A DNA stretch of 62,885 nt, filler included, from Octopus bimaculoides (Eukaryota): NCBI RefSeq assembly GCF_001194135.2. It is 9 parts of 8 records of this genome, joined end to end, with 100 filler letters (N's around TTAATTAATTAA, not from the genome) between each part and the next. Parts side by side here need not be neighbours in the genome. Positions count along the whole stretch, not along the records: positions 25,048 to 44,438 come from NC_068998.1; 8 more parts are not named here. One strand, written 5' to 3'. This document shows positions 25,068-37,116 of the stretch, in pieces. The translations under genes and the position numbers were made by a program. Positions within the stretch are counted from its first letter, which is position 1, and every line of letters begins with the position of its first letter. The notes beneath the pieces were generated by a model. That model saw only the letters and a program-made list of their open reading frames with translations. It was not told where the DNA came from and ran no database searches.

Positions 25068-25869
25068 ACTGCGCTCGATCGAGATCCGGACGGATTCGGC
25101 CACCGTGGTCGGCTGGGTAGGAACAGTAATTACCAGCGAGAAGAGTGTCCGGACGAAAGGTGCCGCAGAGGTGTTGGTGAAACGCCGCCTAGGAGTTCTG
25201 GGAGAGCTGATCGCCGAGTTTGGACTGAAGCTGACCGTGGTTTTCGTGCCTTCGGAAAGAAACAGGGCGGACGCACTGACCAGGGTGAAAAATGCGTGGC
25301 TGGAGGAACCGGAGGAATCAAGGAAAGGGATAGCAGCAGCGTGTCGGCTGGGTGACTCCGAACTGAAGGAGCTACATGCTATGCACCACTTGGGGGTGGA
25401 TAGGACCCTGTATCTGGCGAAAATGGTTGATGCTGACGTCACTAGGAGAAACGTTAAGAAAGTGGTCGTGAAATGTGACAGATGCCAGTCCATTGACCCC
25501 GCCCCGGGTGGGCATGAGCAGGAGAACTTCTCAGTAGAGCGCAACTGGAGGAGACTGGCTGTGGATGTGACGCACTCCCGTCAGGAAATGTATCTCAGCA
25601 TGGTCGACTGCGGGCCGGGCCGGCTGGCCATTTGGAGGGAGCTGAGGACGGGCATTGCCGATGAGATTGGCCACATTCTGAACGGGATATTCTTGGAGAG
25701 GGGTCCTGTGGAAGAACTGCTAATGGACAACGGGGCGGCGTTTCGTTCGGAAGCGTTGGGAGAGATGCTTGACTGGTGGAAGGTGCGACGATTATTTAGA
25801 GCGGCGTATAGACCGAGTGGCAACGGAATCGTTGAGAGGCACCATCGGACGATCAAGGCCATGGCTTAA
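25068..25869 (+). pseudogene. Ty3/Gypsy pol: RNase H end, HHCC zinc finger and integrase core, ending at a premature stop
   Basis: LALRWGLRSIEIRTDSATV..NRADALTR (RNase H). HAMHHLG..CDRC (HHCC). RLAVDVTH..LLMDNGAAF..GNGIVERHHRTIK (DDE). TAA truncates the ORF after KAMA. Confidence 0.92.
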
Positions 25870-26267
25870 AGGGGGCACATTTTGNNNNNNNNNNNNNNNN
25901 NNNNNNNNNNNNNNNNNNNNNNNNNNNNNNNNNNNNNNNNNNNNNNNNNNNNNNNNNNNNNNNNNNNNNNNNNNNNNNNNNNNNNNNNNNNNNNNNNNNN
26001 NNNNNNNNNNNNNNNNNNNNNNNNNNNNNNNNNNNNNNNNNNNNNNNNNNNNNNNNNNNNNNNNNNNNNNNNNNNNNNNNNNNNNNNNNNNNNNNNNNNN
26101 NNNNNNNNNNNNNNNNNNNNNNNNNNNNNNNNNNNNNNNNNNNNNNNNNNNNNNNNNNNNNNNNNNNNNNGCTTGAGAAGATCTCGACATGTAGGGTGCC
26201 CACCCGGTTGGATGGCGGACTTCGAATTGGAGTAGGGGTGAACGTGATCTTTAAGATCAGGGTGGCG

Positions 26268-26630
26268 TGTGGTATGACGTCAGTGTCTTGGGAGGCTGAC
26301 CGGAAGGGCGAGTTGACCGGAAGGGGATACAGGGCAGAGGGAGCCTCGATCGGCGTTCGTGCCCTTTTCGAACGGGGCTGCGGTCAGGACAAGACGTGTT
26401 AAGCGACGGTCTAGATTTGGGAAGGTTTGGGGAGAAGCAGCTGCTATACCTGGTGTACCTTGGGTCGGGGCAAGCTTCAAGGATCGGATACCGCAAGACG
26501 GACTCGCAGTCGAGGAAAGGAAAACTGAGGTANNNNNNNNNNTACCTTGGGTCGGGGCAAGCTTCAAGGATCGGATACCGCAAGACGGACTCGCAGTCGA
26601 GGAAAGGAAAACTGAGGTAAGGCGATTACA
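26268..26630 (+). mobile_element. Probable 3' LTR of the Gypsy element
   Basis: Follows the integrase tail LRRSRHVGCPPGWMADFELE* and a G-rich tract. Begins TGT and ends ATTACA, with an abrupt GC drop after 26630. Contains a ~76-bp artefactual duplication around a 10-N gap. Confidence 0.6.
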
Positions 26631-28624
26631 TCTACTCGTACGCACACACCACATAGTTAACTATTTTATGTTGCTTGGAGTTTCTACCTATCGCAATGGA
26701 GTCCAGCAATTTCCTTAAATAGATCAGTTTTTCTCTGCTTAAGAAGTCTAGCTTGCATTTGCCTCCAGGAAGCTATTGCTCACTTTCTCCGCATTAGGAC
26801 AATGATATTCATCACTACCAACATCGCCACTACCAGCTCTTACTGAGTCTAATGCCAATGACATCATCATAATTCATCCTTGCACATGTAAAATCACTAA
26901 GTGAATATGACTTAGCGTTCCTACAGAAACCTTCATTTACCTTATATGATGTTTAATGTCATTTCACATTCATGTTGAATTATGCATTTCACATTCATGT
27001 TGAATTATGCAGCAATCGTATGTTCTCTTCATAGAACACTTGTAATGTATGTATTACTAGTTCTTTTGGTATAGTAGATTTTTGCTATTCTTGTTTATGT
27101 TTCCTCACACACATGTATATTCTAACAAGTCGCTTCTTAAATTTCGCACCTCTCTTGTTCAATAAACACTAAGCTAAACTTGCAAAGCTGTTTATTTTCT
27201 CCTTTCGATTTTTAATGTTTATTTTAGCATGTTACCAAACTTTCAGTTTGGTCTCCTGGCTAAAATGGTAATGACAAATTTTAAAGTTTGCTTGACATGT
27301 TATTAGTGTGAAGGATTAAAATTTCAATACTTCATATTAAAGGTTCCAACAAGAATAGGCAGAAAATCAGAGCTTGAGATGGGAAGACACTTTCGACCAA
27401 TCAGAATTCTGTTTACATAGTTAGTTTGATTGGTCATCTTCCTCTATCGGTTGACTAAAGTATCATCCAAGTTGATGCTTGTTGGTAATTAAACTTATTT
27501 TGCAACACTTGTGCATATTTATCAGTTCTGTTTTTGTTGATAGGAATTATTAACAACTTTCCCTGTGATCATGATTTGAGAAGACATACAGAAGTATGCT
27601 AAAGATTGGCCATAATCTCTTGTGGGCAACAAATGTAAAATAAAGTTTATAATAAGCAACACAAACATTTCATAATTTAATAGCATTCAATGTGATACCT
27701 GTTAAACAGAAATTATTTTTATTTAATGAAAATTTAATAAAATCTAATCATAAGTAAGTGAAATTATGCTAAATACAGCTAAATTGAAAGCCTTTTCCCC
27801 CTGGCCATATCAGCAATTCTGAAAACTTTTGGGTGCAAATTTTTACATGAGCAGAAGCTTTTTTAACAATTTTTATCCTGAAAATCACCTGCATAAATTA
27901 CACAGGTGCACAGATTACATGGGTTTTTATGGTATATACATATATATATATATATATATGAAAATTGTTATTAATCCAAGCAAGTTGAAGAATCAAAGAA
28001 ACAAAGTTGAAATTGCAGAGAGAATATATTAGAATTAATTATAATTGAATTATATTTTAAAATATAGGAATGCGCTTTACTGGTTTCACAAGAAATTTTC
28101 AAAAGTGTACAGTGCATGAAGTTGTGTCACAAATTATGTCTATTCTGGCTGTTGTTATGAAAATAGTTTGTTTTTCAAAGCAGGTATGTGGCTCAGAACA
28201 TTATCTGTTAATGTAGAAATTGATATAGAAATTCATGTATTAAGCTCATGTGGCAGTCATGTGAGAAGGTCACATGAAAGCTTTTCTCCATTGAATATGT
28301 CATATGACAGTTAGAAAAGAGAGATGTAAATAACTGATATGATAATTGTTTATATAAAAGTGTTACAGATAATGACTGTTTTTCATTCTGTTAATGAATA
28401 ATGTTATCAATTAGTGCTAGTTATCTCCTATTGAACATGTTAAAACATATCTCTTCTTTGTTAACAAGGTAGGGAGTAAGTAAGATAATGAGGTATGGAG
28501 TAAATAAGATAGATGATAGCTGCTACATAGATTTTGGTTTTCTTAAAAATGAGCTCAAATAGACATTCTAAAATAATTCATTCATGGGAAATGGGGAAGT
28601 GTGTATTATTGATGTTTTTATAAC

Positions 28625-29440
28625 CTGTTTAGCAGCAGCTTGTAGTTTTTAATGAACAGATTTTCATTATTAATTTTTGTTTGATCTGGAGTATTGTCTG
28701 CACGTTAATAGAGTGGGAAGACATGAAATTTGGGAAATTTGGCTTATGCGCATATATCTAGATGTTCCCTAAGTGGAATTTGTCTTGTTATGGGATCCTT
28801 TACTTGTTGATGATGAATATGTAATCTTATTCTTAAAGTGAATTTCGTTTGTTTAATGTAGCCTTCCATGTTTCAGGAGTTGTGTGTTGTAATAAAAGAT
28901 GGAGTTTTGGGTGTATCTGAACTCCTTTTGGTTTTTCTTTATTCATCAATGTTTATTGCTCTGGTGTGTTTTATTCCATTCTCTATTAGAGTAGACAGGT
29001 ACTTTCTTTCAAGTAGTGCCTGTTTTAAATTCAAGTAATCTCTTATTCTGAACATCGAGATTGGAGACAGTTGTTCAGATTCTCCTAACTAAGTTAAATG
29101 GATTGTTTGGGGTAGAAAATTGCAGGCACTGTATAGAGTCCATTGGTTTGTGGTAGATGCTGGTTTTTATGTTCATGTCATTTTTAATAATCAAAATGTC
29201 TAAGAAGGATAGTTGGTTATGGCTAGATTCCATGGTGACATGAAGACTGTTATTGATGCTGTTGAGAAGGAATTTGAAATCATTGAGTTCATCTAGGTTG
29301 TATGTCCACATAATAAGGCTTTCACCAGATAACTTTTAAAGTGATACCATACTTTGTTTTAGTTTGTTCATACATTTGGACTTCTAGATATGCCATGACT
29401 ATGTTGGCATATATTGGAGCGACTTTTGTATGTATCACAT
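28625..29440 (-). mobile_element. Second Penelope-like element fragment (RT C-half + GIY-YIG end)
   Basis: TKVAPIYANIVMAYLE; LNSINNSLHVTMESSHNQLSFLDILI..TSIYHKPMDS; PFNLVRRI; HQQVKDPITRQIPLREHLDIC; ENLFIKNYKLLLN. Confidence 0.85.
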
Positions 29441-29949
29441 TTCCAGATGTGTGTGTGTGTGTGTGTGTTTATATTTGTAGTATAAGATATGGATTCTGAG
29501 AATTGTGTGACTATTACAGAAAACTCCTCTAATGGACTTGGTTAACAGTCCACATAGAAATCCAGAACAAAGAAGTATAATACAGGAAATCTGATCAATG
29601 AGATTATTTCATGAGAGGAATATAAACCATGAAAAATCAAAATGTTTTTTTAACCATTTGACATCCTTAGGGTTACCAGCATATCACAGCCTTCCTCATG
29701 CTGTGTTGATTACATGTTTGCATTGATATGCATGCTCTGCATTATACAATATAATTGTATCTTCACAGATCAATTCAAATAAAGAAAGCTAGCTCATCAT
29801 ATCACCAGAATATCATGGTTACTTCAATGATCCAATGATTATTCGTACATGGAGAATGCTGTAAAACACTGTTATACTAAGAATATCAAGTGGTTAAATG
29901 AATATATTCCCCTTCCATGTCTCATGACTTTTTATGGTTTATATATATC

Positions 29950-30270
29950 TACAGGGTGTTCTGTCTAAATTTTACAGTTTAAAGGGGAAAGAAACACAAT
30001 ATTCCATCTAAAAATGAAAGTATTTCAAACAAAATGTAAAACTAGATTATGACTGGGAGATCACAGTTTACTGAAAGCAGACACTCTCAGCTTCCACCAC
30101 AGCTTCAAGATGGCTCTGGAATCTGGTGCATGTGTTTCTCACTGTGTCCCAAGGTAAATCTTCAAACATCTTCTTGATCTTGACCACAAGCTTGGCCTTG
30201 TTGTTGCAGGCAGAACAGTTGGTGCCTTTCTCAAATGCACCAGCATGACCGCAGCCACTTGGCTGAAACA
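29950..30270 (-). mobile_element. Tc1/mariner (maT-like) 3' end with terminal inverted repeat
   Basis: ACNNKAKLVVKIKKMFEDLPWDTVRNTCTRFQSHLEAVVEAES, and TA-CAGGGTGT terminus at 29950. Confidence 0.8.
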
Positions 30271-30376
30271 CATAAATAAATAAATAAATAAATAAATATA
30301 TATATATATATACACACACAAACACATATACAAATGTAAGTATGCACACACACACACACACATCAAGATGACCATT

Positions 30377-30760
30377 GATGAACCTCAATGTATATATAAA
30401 TGTATCTATAAATGAACAGTACACACAAGAGAAGGAGTGTATGTTTACCATGGGGCAACTGCTGATTCATTGAAGAATCATTATTGCAACCATGTTGCTA
30501 GCTTTTAGAAAATCAACAAGTGACATTCAACATCTTTGGCCAATTTTGTGTGGCAACTTAAGGAAGATAAAATTAAGTATAACATAACTTGGTTCATAGT
30601 GAGGCATGCAAAATCCATATAATATCATTTCCAAGAGATGTCGATTCTGCTCCATGGAATCTCTGTTTATTCTGTGGACCAATGAGAAGACCATTAATAG
30701 AATTTCTGAAAAACTCACGTGATGCTTACACGCATATAAATGCACTTTTGCACAATACAG
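30377..30760 (+). pseudogene. Naiad-type PLE GIY-YIG endonuclease remnant
   Basis: CIYK*TV..VYVYHGATADSLKNHYCNHVASF..STSLANFVWQLKEDKIKYNITWFIVRHAKS/YNIISKRCRFCSMESLFIL..CLH. This resembles the Naiad EN tail (LSKYIWKLK..YSIKW..KRCNLCLTEK..CRH). Confidence 0.75.
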
Positions 30761-31244
30761 TGGGAATGAATTTTGAGTAACTGTTAACCTAATTAATAAT
30801 CATATTTCACTTTAAGGTATAGATGAACTAGATTTAGCTCTAATCTCCCCATTTTTATAAACACCAAGTAGTTATTTAATTTGCTATATGAGTGTATGTG
30901 CACCAAACCACATGTGTGTGTATGTTTACATCTTCATAGATACTTGCATGAGCATGTGTACATGCATCATACAACCTATGCGAGGGCATATATACATTCA
31001 TATCCACTAATAGTTATATTTAATACAATTTTTTTGCATTGTGTTCACTTGTTTTTTCGCATTTGTTATATTTTATTATTGATTTTCTATATAAATGAAG
31101 CTATATCCTTAAATTTGCTGCTTTTCTTTACATGAACTTAGAAGATACTTTGCAGAACTGTAATTTTAATGAGTTATATCTATTTATCACCCAAAGAGAC
31201 ACATCTACATCGTGAGATGCTCCTGAACCAGTTGTTAAATATCC

Positions 31245-31289
31245 CACCTGTGAGGGACCGACGTTGGATGGGTCGAAACAATTGTAGTG
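31245..31289 (+). ncRNA. Type I hammerhead with one core base deleted
   Basis: CAC-CUG(-)UGA-GG GACC N11 GGUC-GAA-ACAAUUGU-A^GUG. Palindromic stem III and GUA triplet; A6 is missing. Confidence 0.6.
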
Positions 31290-33150
31290 ATGAATGAAAA
31301 TTCTCATATCTCTCATTTTCCATCTCTCTCATTAACGAAATATATATATACAAACATATACGCATAGATTATATTCAGTATGGAAGTGGGAAACCCTTTA
31401 GTTCCAAGGAATAATCAATGCACATGTACTTCAGACTTGATATATTTGTGAACAAATTTCTTCCTTGAGTCATTCTGTTTTAACAAGTTCAGTGGTAATG
31501 AGAGACAGAGAGCGGAGAGTTGAAGAGAAATATTAGTGAAAGCAAACAAAACATCCTAATATGTATTGACAGTTTGTGGCATCAATCTCTCATTATTATT
31601 TTTTTTTTCTCCAATGTCTCTTAATCCTTTGGTGCTTAATCAATTTAGCATGGATTTGTAATACCCTTCGGTAACTTTTATACTAAGTTTTCTTAAATCA
31701 ATCTTTGGATATTTTTGTTTGGAACATAAAAATTTCAGAATCTGAAAAATAATTTTGTTTTTTCATAAAAAAATGAGAAAATGATAAGAGTTAGAAAATT
31801 TATAGTCATAGTAGTTCTTCTTTTTATACATTTAAATATATTTTATTTGCATTTGAAAGTATTTTTTAAAAATTTTGTTCTGAAGCTTTAAAAAACTCTT
31901 CTTTCAGTTTCAATTTATAAAGTACTCATTGCAGCATATGTAATGATGTCTATAGTAAAGATATCTATGAAATTTCCCTGTCTATCACAGTATTATGAGA
32001 TTAATTTCACAAAATATTGCACTAAACATTCAAAAGTAGCATATTGTGTTAGAAAGTAAATCAGAATTAAAATTTTGTTAGTAAATTTTGAAGATAGAGA
32101 CAAATTAATACAATCAATTTACTGTAACCATGTTTTGATTTAATTCTTTTTGTCAGAAATTGCTATGGTTTTTCTATATTTTAAACATTAGAGATTACAA
32201 TTCTGCAAAAAATATTTCACAATTTCAATTTTTTTTCAAAACTCTTTTGCCATTTAACTCTAACATTTAATCCCTAACACTAACCCTAAATTTTACCTCG
32301 TAATGTTAAAACATCTCCCCTACTTGTCTTAATTCCAAATCATAATTTTCATGGTTTAAAACACAAAAATCTGAAAGAACTTTGTTAAAAAATATTGAAG
32401 AAGTTATGATGTCTGTACTTATTGCATAAATCTGTGAAAAATATAGCAATTGCTTTTAATTTACTTAGTTAATTGAGGATATCCAATAGGTTCTCAGTTT
32501 AGAACTTAAAATCAAAATGTTGAAATTGCATGTAGCCCAAATTAAGAAGATAGTAACATGCAGCCACATAAAGTATCATAATCCATTATCCATTAACTCA
32601 ATGTGGCAACAATCAAATATACAAATGACAAATATTTGATGGAGTGAATACCAGCACAGAATAAGATTGGTATGAATACTTACATACTTAGATAAATATT
32701 TCATAGTATCGAGATGTTTTTATGAAGGACATTGTACATATGAGTGTTAAACAGAAAGAAGTGAAATAAAAGAAATTGAACATTTATATTTTTGAAAATG
32801 TTTTTGTTTTTGTTTTGTTCCATATTGCATTTAAATACTCTTCAGTCAACCAACATTTATAATTATTAATTTACAAAATCAACACATGGAAAAACACTGC
32901 ATTTATATACATTTAAAATTCATGTAAAATATATTTATATACTAGAAAAGTACTGCAACTTTGAAATCCCTTAACTTTAACTACATAAAACTAAAATCAG
33001 ATTAACTCCATTAAATTTAATTTTGGTCTGACAAAAAATTAATTTCGTAAGATTCTGAATCTGTTTAAAACATTAGAATCTAAAGCCTGTACTTCAAAAA
33101 GACAAGCAAAAAAGCAAATAGAAAGTTAGAGGGAAGTTAGAAAACCTACA

Positions 33151-33380
33151 TTAGCCCTCTAGCATTCACATTATTTTATCAAATATAATGTTTATTTATT
33201 CACATAGTTTTAAATTAATCCAGCATTATCCTGTAGCTTTGAGATTTCAATGATATGATATAATATAATTTTGGAATGACATTGTAGAGTAGGTGTGAGA
33301 GGTCACTTCTAACCAGTTTGGATATAAAACAGGTAAACTATTTGGGTCATATATGGCTGGTTTAAATGCTACAGGGTTAA
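33151..33380. mobile_element. piggyBac-type MITE
   Basis: TTAG|CCCTCTAGCATT ... AATGCTACAGGG|TTAA: CCC-initial TIRs and TTAA target (left copy mutated). Confidence 0.7.
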
Positions 33381-33855
33381 TATGAACCAATGCCAGTCTC
33401 ACTTCCCTTATCTCTCACCTGTCTTTCTTTCTCTTCTTCTTATTTATTTTCTATTCTGTCATATTCATTTGTTTCTATCTACCTATTTGTGAATCATACT
33501 ATCTTCGTGTTATCACTCTCTCATTAACTCTCCATTTCTCTTTCTGTATCACTCTCCTTTTTTATATCTCTCCCTCTCACTTACATGAAAATATTTACGC
33601 ACACAAGCACATACAAACTTACACACATGAAAGTACATGTTATTCACACTGTCCTGTGCATGGTTGCACATTAGGTGACAGGTCTATTCTAGTGCTTTGA
33701 GTGGTTGTTACTTCCACTATGCCTGTTAAAATAAAAAAAGAACTACATAAAAATTTGCTTTAATAGCTTAAGTATAACCAAAAAGCAACAAAGCAAAACA
33801 AAAACAAAGCATTTCTGTATATTCAGAACCTCAACAATATCAAATAGAGTGTGCA

Positions 33856-33900
<45 letters not shown>

Positions 33901-34396
33901 ATGTGTGCGTGTGTGCATGTGTGCTCACAGATCTGTGTGTCTATTTCTGGTAATTCCCATCAGATGCAATACATTTGGTAATAGATAGGGTAGAAAGTTA
34001 AAAAACAGTGAATAGCATTAGTTATCCAGTATGTCAAAGAATATTTTGACTTGCTAAGAAATTCTGATATGGAAGCCTCCGGAGAGATTGAATAAACTTG
34101 ATAATTCGAATACAACACCAAGTTCGTAACCTCACGTACACATTATTCTCTCTCTATTTCTCTCTCACATATATGCACACACACATNNNNNNNNNNNNNN
34201 NNNNNNNNNNNNNNNNNNNNNNNNNNNNNNNNNNNNNNNNNNNNNNNNNNNNNNNNNNNNNNNNNNNNNNNNNNNNNNNNNNNNNNNNNNNNNNNNNNNN
34301 NNNNNNNNNNNNNNNNNNNNNNNNNNNNNNNNNNNNNNNNNNNNNNNNNNNNNNNNNNNNNNNNNNNNNNNNNNNNNNNNNNNNNNNNNNNATATA

Positions 34397-36690
34397 TTAG
34401 TTTCAGCTCAAAGCTGTGACCATGCTGGGGTACCGTTGTTTTGTTACACTGTTTTGTTACTCCTCAAATATGTGGTATTTAGTGAATAAGGGAGTTTTTT
34501 GTCACTACCCACATTTGCACCTCTTGCCATGAGGTAGGTTCATCTGGGACTCTCAACAGAAAGATGTCCAGTTTTGATTTGAAAACACCTACATCCACTT
34601 TGTATAGGTCCCTCAGGCTCTTTGGGAGAATATTAAAAAGCTGTGGGCCCCTGAAACCCAAACTGTTGAAATAACTGGTCCTGAAGTGTGATAGCATTGC
34701 TGGGATCCTTGGCACTGTGTAGTGTCGACCCATCCTGGCATCTGTGTAGCTTTCAATCCCAAAATTTTGCACAGTTCTTTCCAGGATCTTCCAGATGTAT
34801 ATTACTGCATACCTCTCCCGCCTTCTCTCCAGGGTGTAGAGTCTTAGTTGTTTCAGCCTTTCCCAGTAGCTGAACTGTTGCAATGAGACACTCTTCTTTG
34901 TGAATCTTCGCTGGATTGTTTCAAGGTCTGCTGTTAATTTTACACTGTTGGGTGACCAAAGCTGTGAGCAGTAATCCAGGTGGCTGAGGGCAAATGTCCT
35001 CCAGAGGACCATCATGGTTTCCTTCTCTCTGGTTCTGAACTTTCTCAGGATCCATCTAGTCAGTCATCTGCACTTTGTCACCATCCTGGTAATGTGCACT
35101 TGGAAAGAGGTATCATTACGCATGTTGATACCCAGGTCCCTCAGTGATTTGGGCTCTGGGATTGTAAACCCTGTGGAATGGTGTACCCTGTGAGTTTTAT
35201 ATTCAGTTTTGGATGCTGGTAGCGCAGGGCTTGGAAGTTTTCAGCATTAAACTGTATACTATTGTCATCAGCCCATCTGTAAATTGAGTCCAACTCCTGA
35301 TGCAGGTGTGAGACATTGCATGGGTTCTGTATTTTCTGCAAGACTTTTGTACTGTCTGCTTATCTAGCAAGGGTGGCTATCCAGGCAGCTGAGAGAGCCA
35401 CTACAAAAAGCAGCGGTCCCAAGACAGTGCTCTGTGGAACACAGCTCACTATTTGCGTTTTCTATGAGGTGACTCCACTGGCCACTACTGAGTGACTTCT
35501 TACTTTCAGAAAGTTTTCCAGCTATGCTGAGATCACGCAGTTTGTAGCATATCATAAACATGATCCACTTTATCAAAAGCTTTTGCAAAGTCAAGGTATA
35601 TTACAACCACATTTGAGTTGTTGAGTAACTACCTCAACACCCAGTCATAGTGCTGTAAGAGTTGGGTCAGGCAGCTCCTATCTGGTCGAAAGCCATGCTG
35701 GGTATCACTCAGCAAGTCGTTTTCTTTAAGGAATGTGATTAGTTTCCCTCTGACTATCTCTTCCATGATTTTGCTGATGTGTGAAGTCAGAGAGATAGAC
35801 CTATAGTTTTTGGCATTTGCTCCACTTCCTCCTTTATGGATTGGGCATATTGTTCCTTCCTTCAATTTGCTTGGCAGTCTGCCATTTGCAAGAAAGCTTT
35901 GGAAGAGAATCTGTAATCGTTTCACCAGGGCACGCTTACACAATTGATGTAATCAATTGTAACTGCCTCACTGGTTAACGGTGAAGTGGCAAAGAAATCC
36001 ACTGGTTTGTTCACTTCTCTGTGTTCCAAAGGGGTGGTAAAGACACATTTGAACTGGTCATTCAGTACCTCACTGATCCTAGTTGGACTATTTGTGAGGG
36101 AGCTATCCTTTTGGAAAAGGGGTCCTATGTTGCAGTATATTTTTTGGCGTAATGAAAGAAGGCTTTTGGGTTTGACTTAATGTTTTATATAACCTAGGCT
36201 TCTTTGTCTACTCTCTCCTTCACATAGGATTGTAGCAGGCATTTTTCAATCTCCATCAGTGTTGTTTTTAGGTGGGACTTTCACTACTTTTGGAATCTTG
36301 GTTGAAGCGATTTGCAACCTTCATGAGGATCTTCCTCGTGAAGAATCTTTCATGAGGATCTTCCAATCCCTTGGAATCTTACACCTTTTTGTGTTGGCCT
36401 TGTGCTCTAGGACATATTTCTGGCATATGGTTTGCATGACAGACATGAAATATTCTAGTTTCATGCCAATGTCTGGTGTGGAGAGACATTTCTGCCAGTC
36501 CTGTCTGAGGATCACATTATTGATCGATTTCCTGTCTGCTTTGTGGAAGTTCAGATTGGAGAGATTTTGGGTGCTTCCTTTTGGCTGTGTGATTCTGGCT
36601 ACTTTTGGTTCATACAAAGACAGCTTTATTAGGTTGTGATCTGAAACTAATGTCTGCGTCACTTTCACATCATAAACGATGTCCATATTT
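34397..36690 (-). mobile_element. CR1/L2-group LINE (APE end, RT, C-terminus, 3' tail), decayed
   Basis: SDHNLI (APE); PIHKGGS..NYRSISLTSHISK..QHGFR..SCLTQLL; VIYLDFAKAFDKVDH; VPQSTVLGPLLF; LSHLDYCSQLWSP..YWERLKQLRLYTLERRRERY. Confidence 0.92.
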
Positions 36691-36694
36691 TTTG

Positions 36695-36773
36695 TGAAGC
36701 TTTTGCAAAGTCAGTGTGTATCATGTCCACATTTGAGTTGTTCAGTAACTGACTTAACAGCCAGTCATAGTAT
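36695..36773 (-). pseudogene. Second, diverged RT fragment ([24 protein letters not shown]) fused to the APE region
   Basis: Homologous to 35578-35652 but with many substitutions. Confidence 0.7.
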
Positions 36774-36911
36774 ACATATATATATATATATATATATACA
36801 CTTGCATATAAATATACATGTACACACATATACACACATATATATACATACACATATACACATGTATATATATATATATATATATATGTATATACATACA
36901 TATATATACAT

Positions 36912-36949
<38 letters not shown>

Positions 36950-36999
36950 AACGGTAAAAGAGTCAAAAGGAAGAGTAAATACAGTTAGGCAGCATTTTA

Positions 37000-37116
37000 A
37001 TCGCTACAAATTTTTCAATACATACAGAGCCTTGTATATACAGGATTTAAAGTTTTAATTAAATTATGTAACGATATACCCGTACAAGAAGATCTATATG
37101 CATCTCCTCAGGCGAT
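37000..37116 (-). ncRNA. Type I hammerhead with long (~88 nt) stem II
   Basis: AUCGC-CUGAGGA-[GAUGCAUAUAGA...UCUGUAUGUAUU]-GAA-AAAUUUGU-A^GCGAU. Perfect 5-bp stem I and a 12-bp basal stem II (with GU pairs). Stem III has A at 15.2. Confidence 0.6.

Noticed and set aside
27544-27593. Possible 50-bp host exon (AG|..IINNFPCDHDLRRHTE|GT)
   Set aside because: Splice dinucleotides are common by chance, there is no recognisable homology and there are no partner exons.
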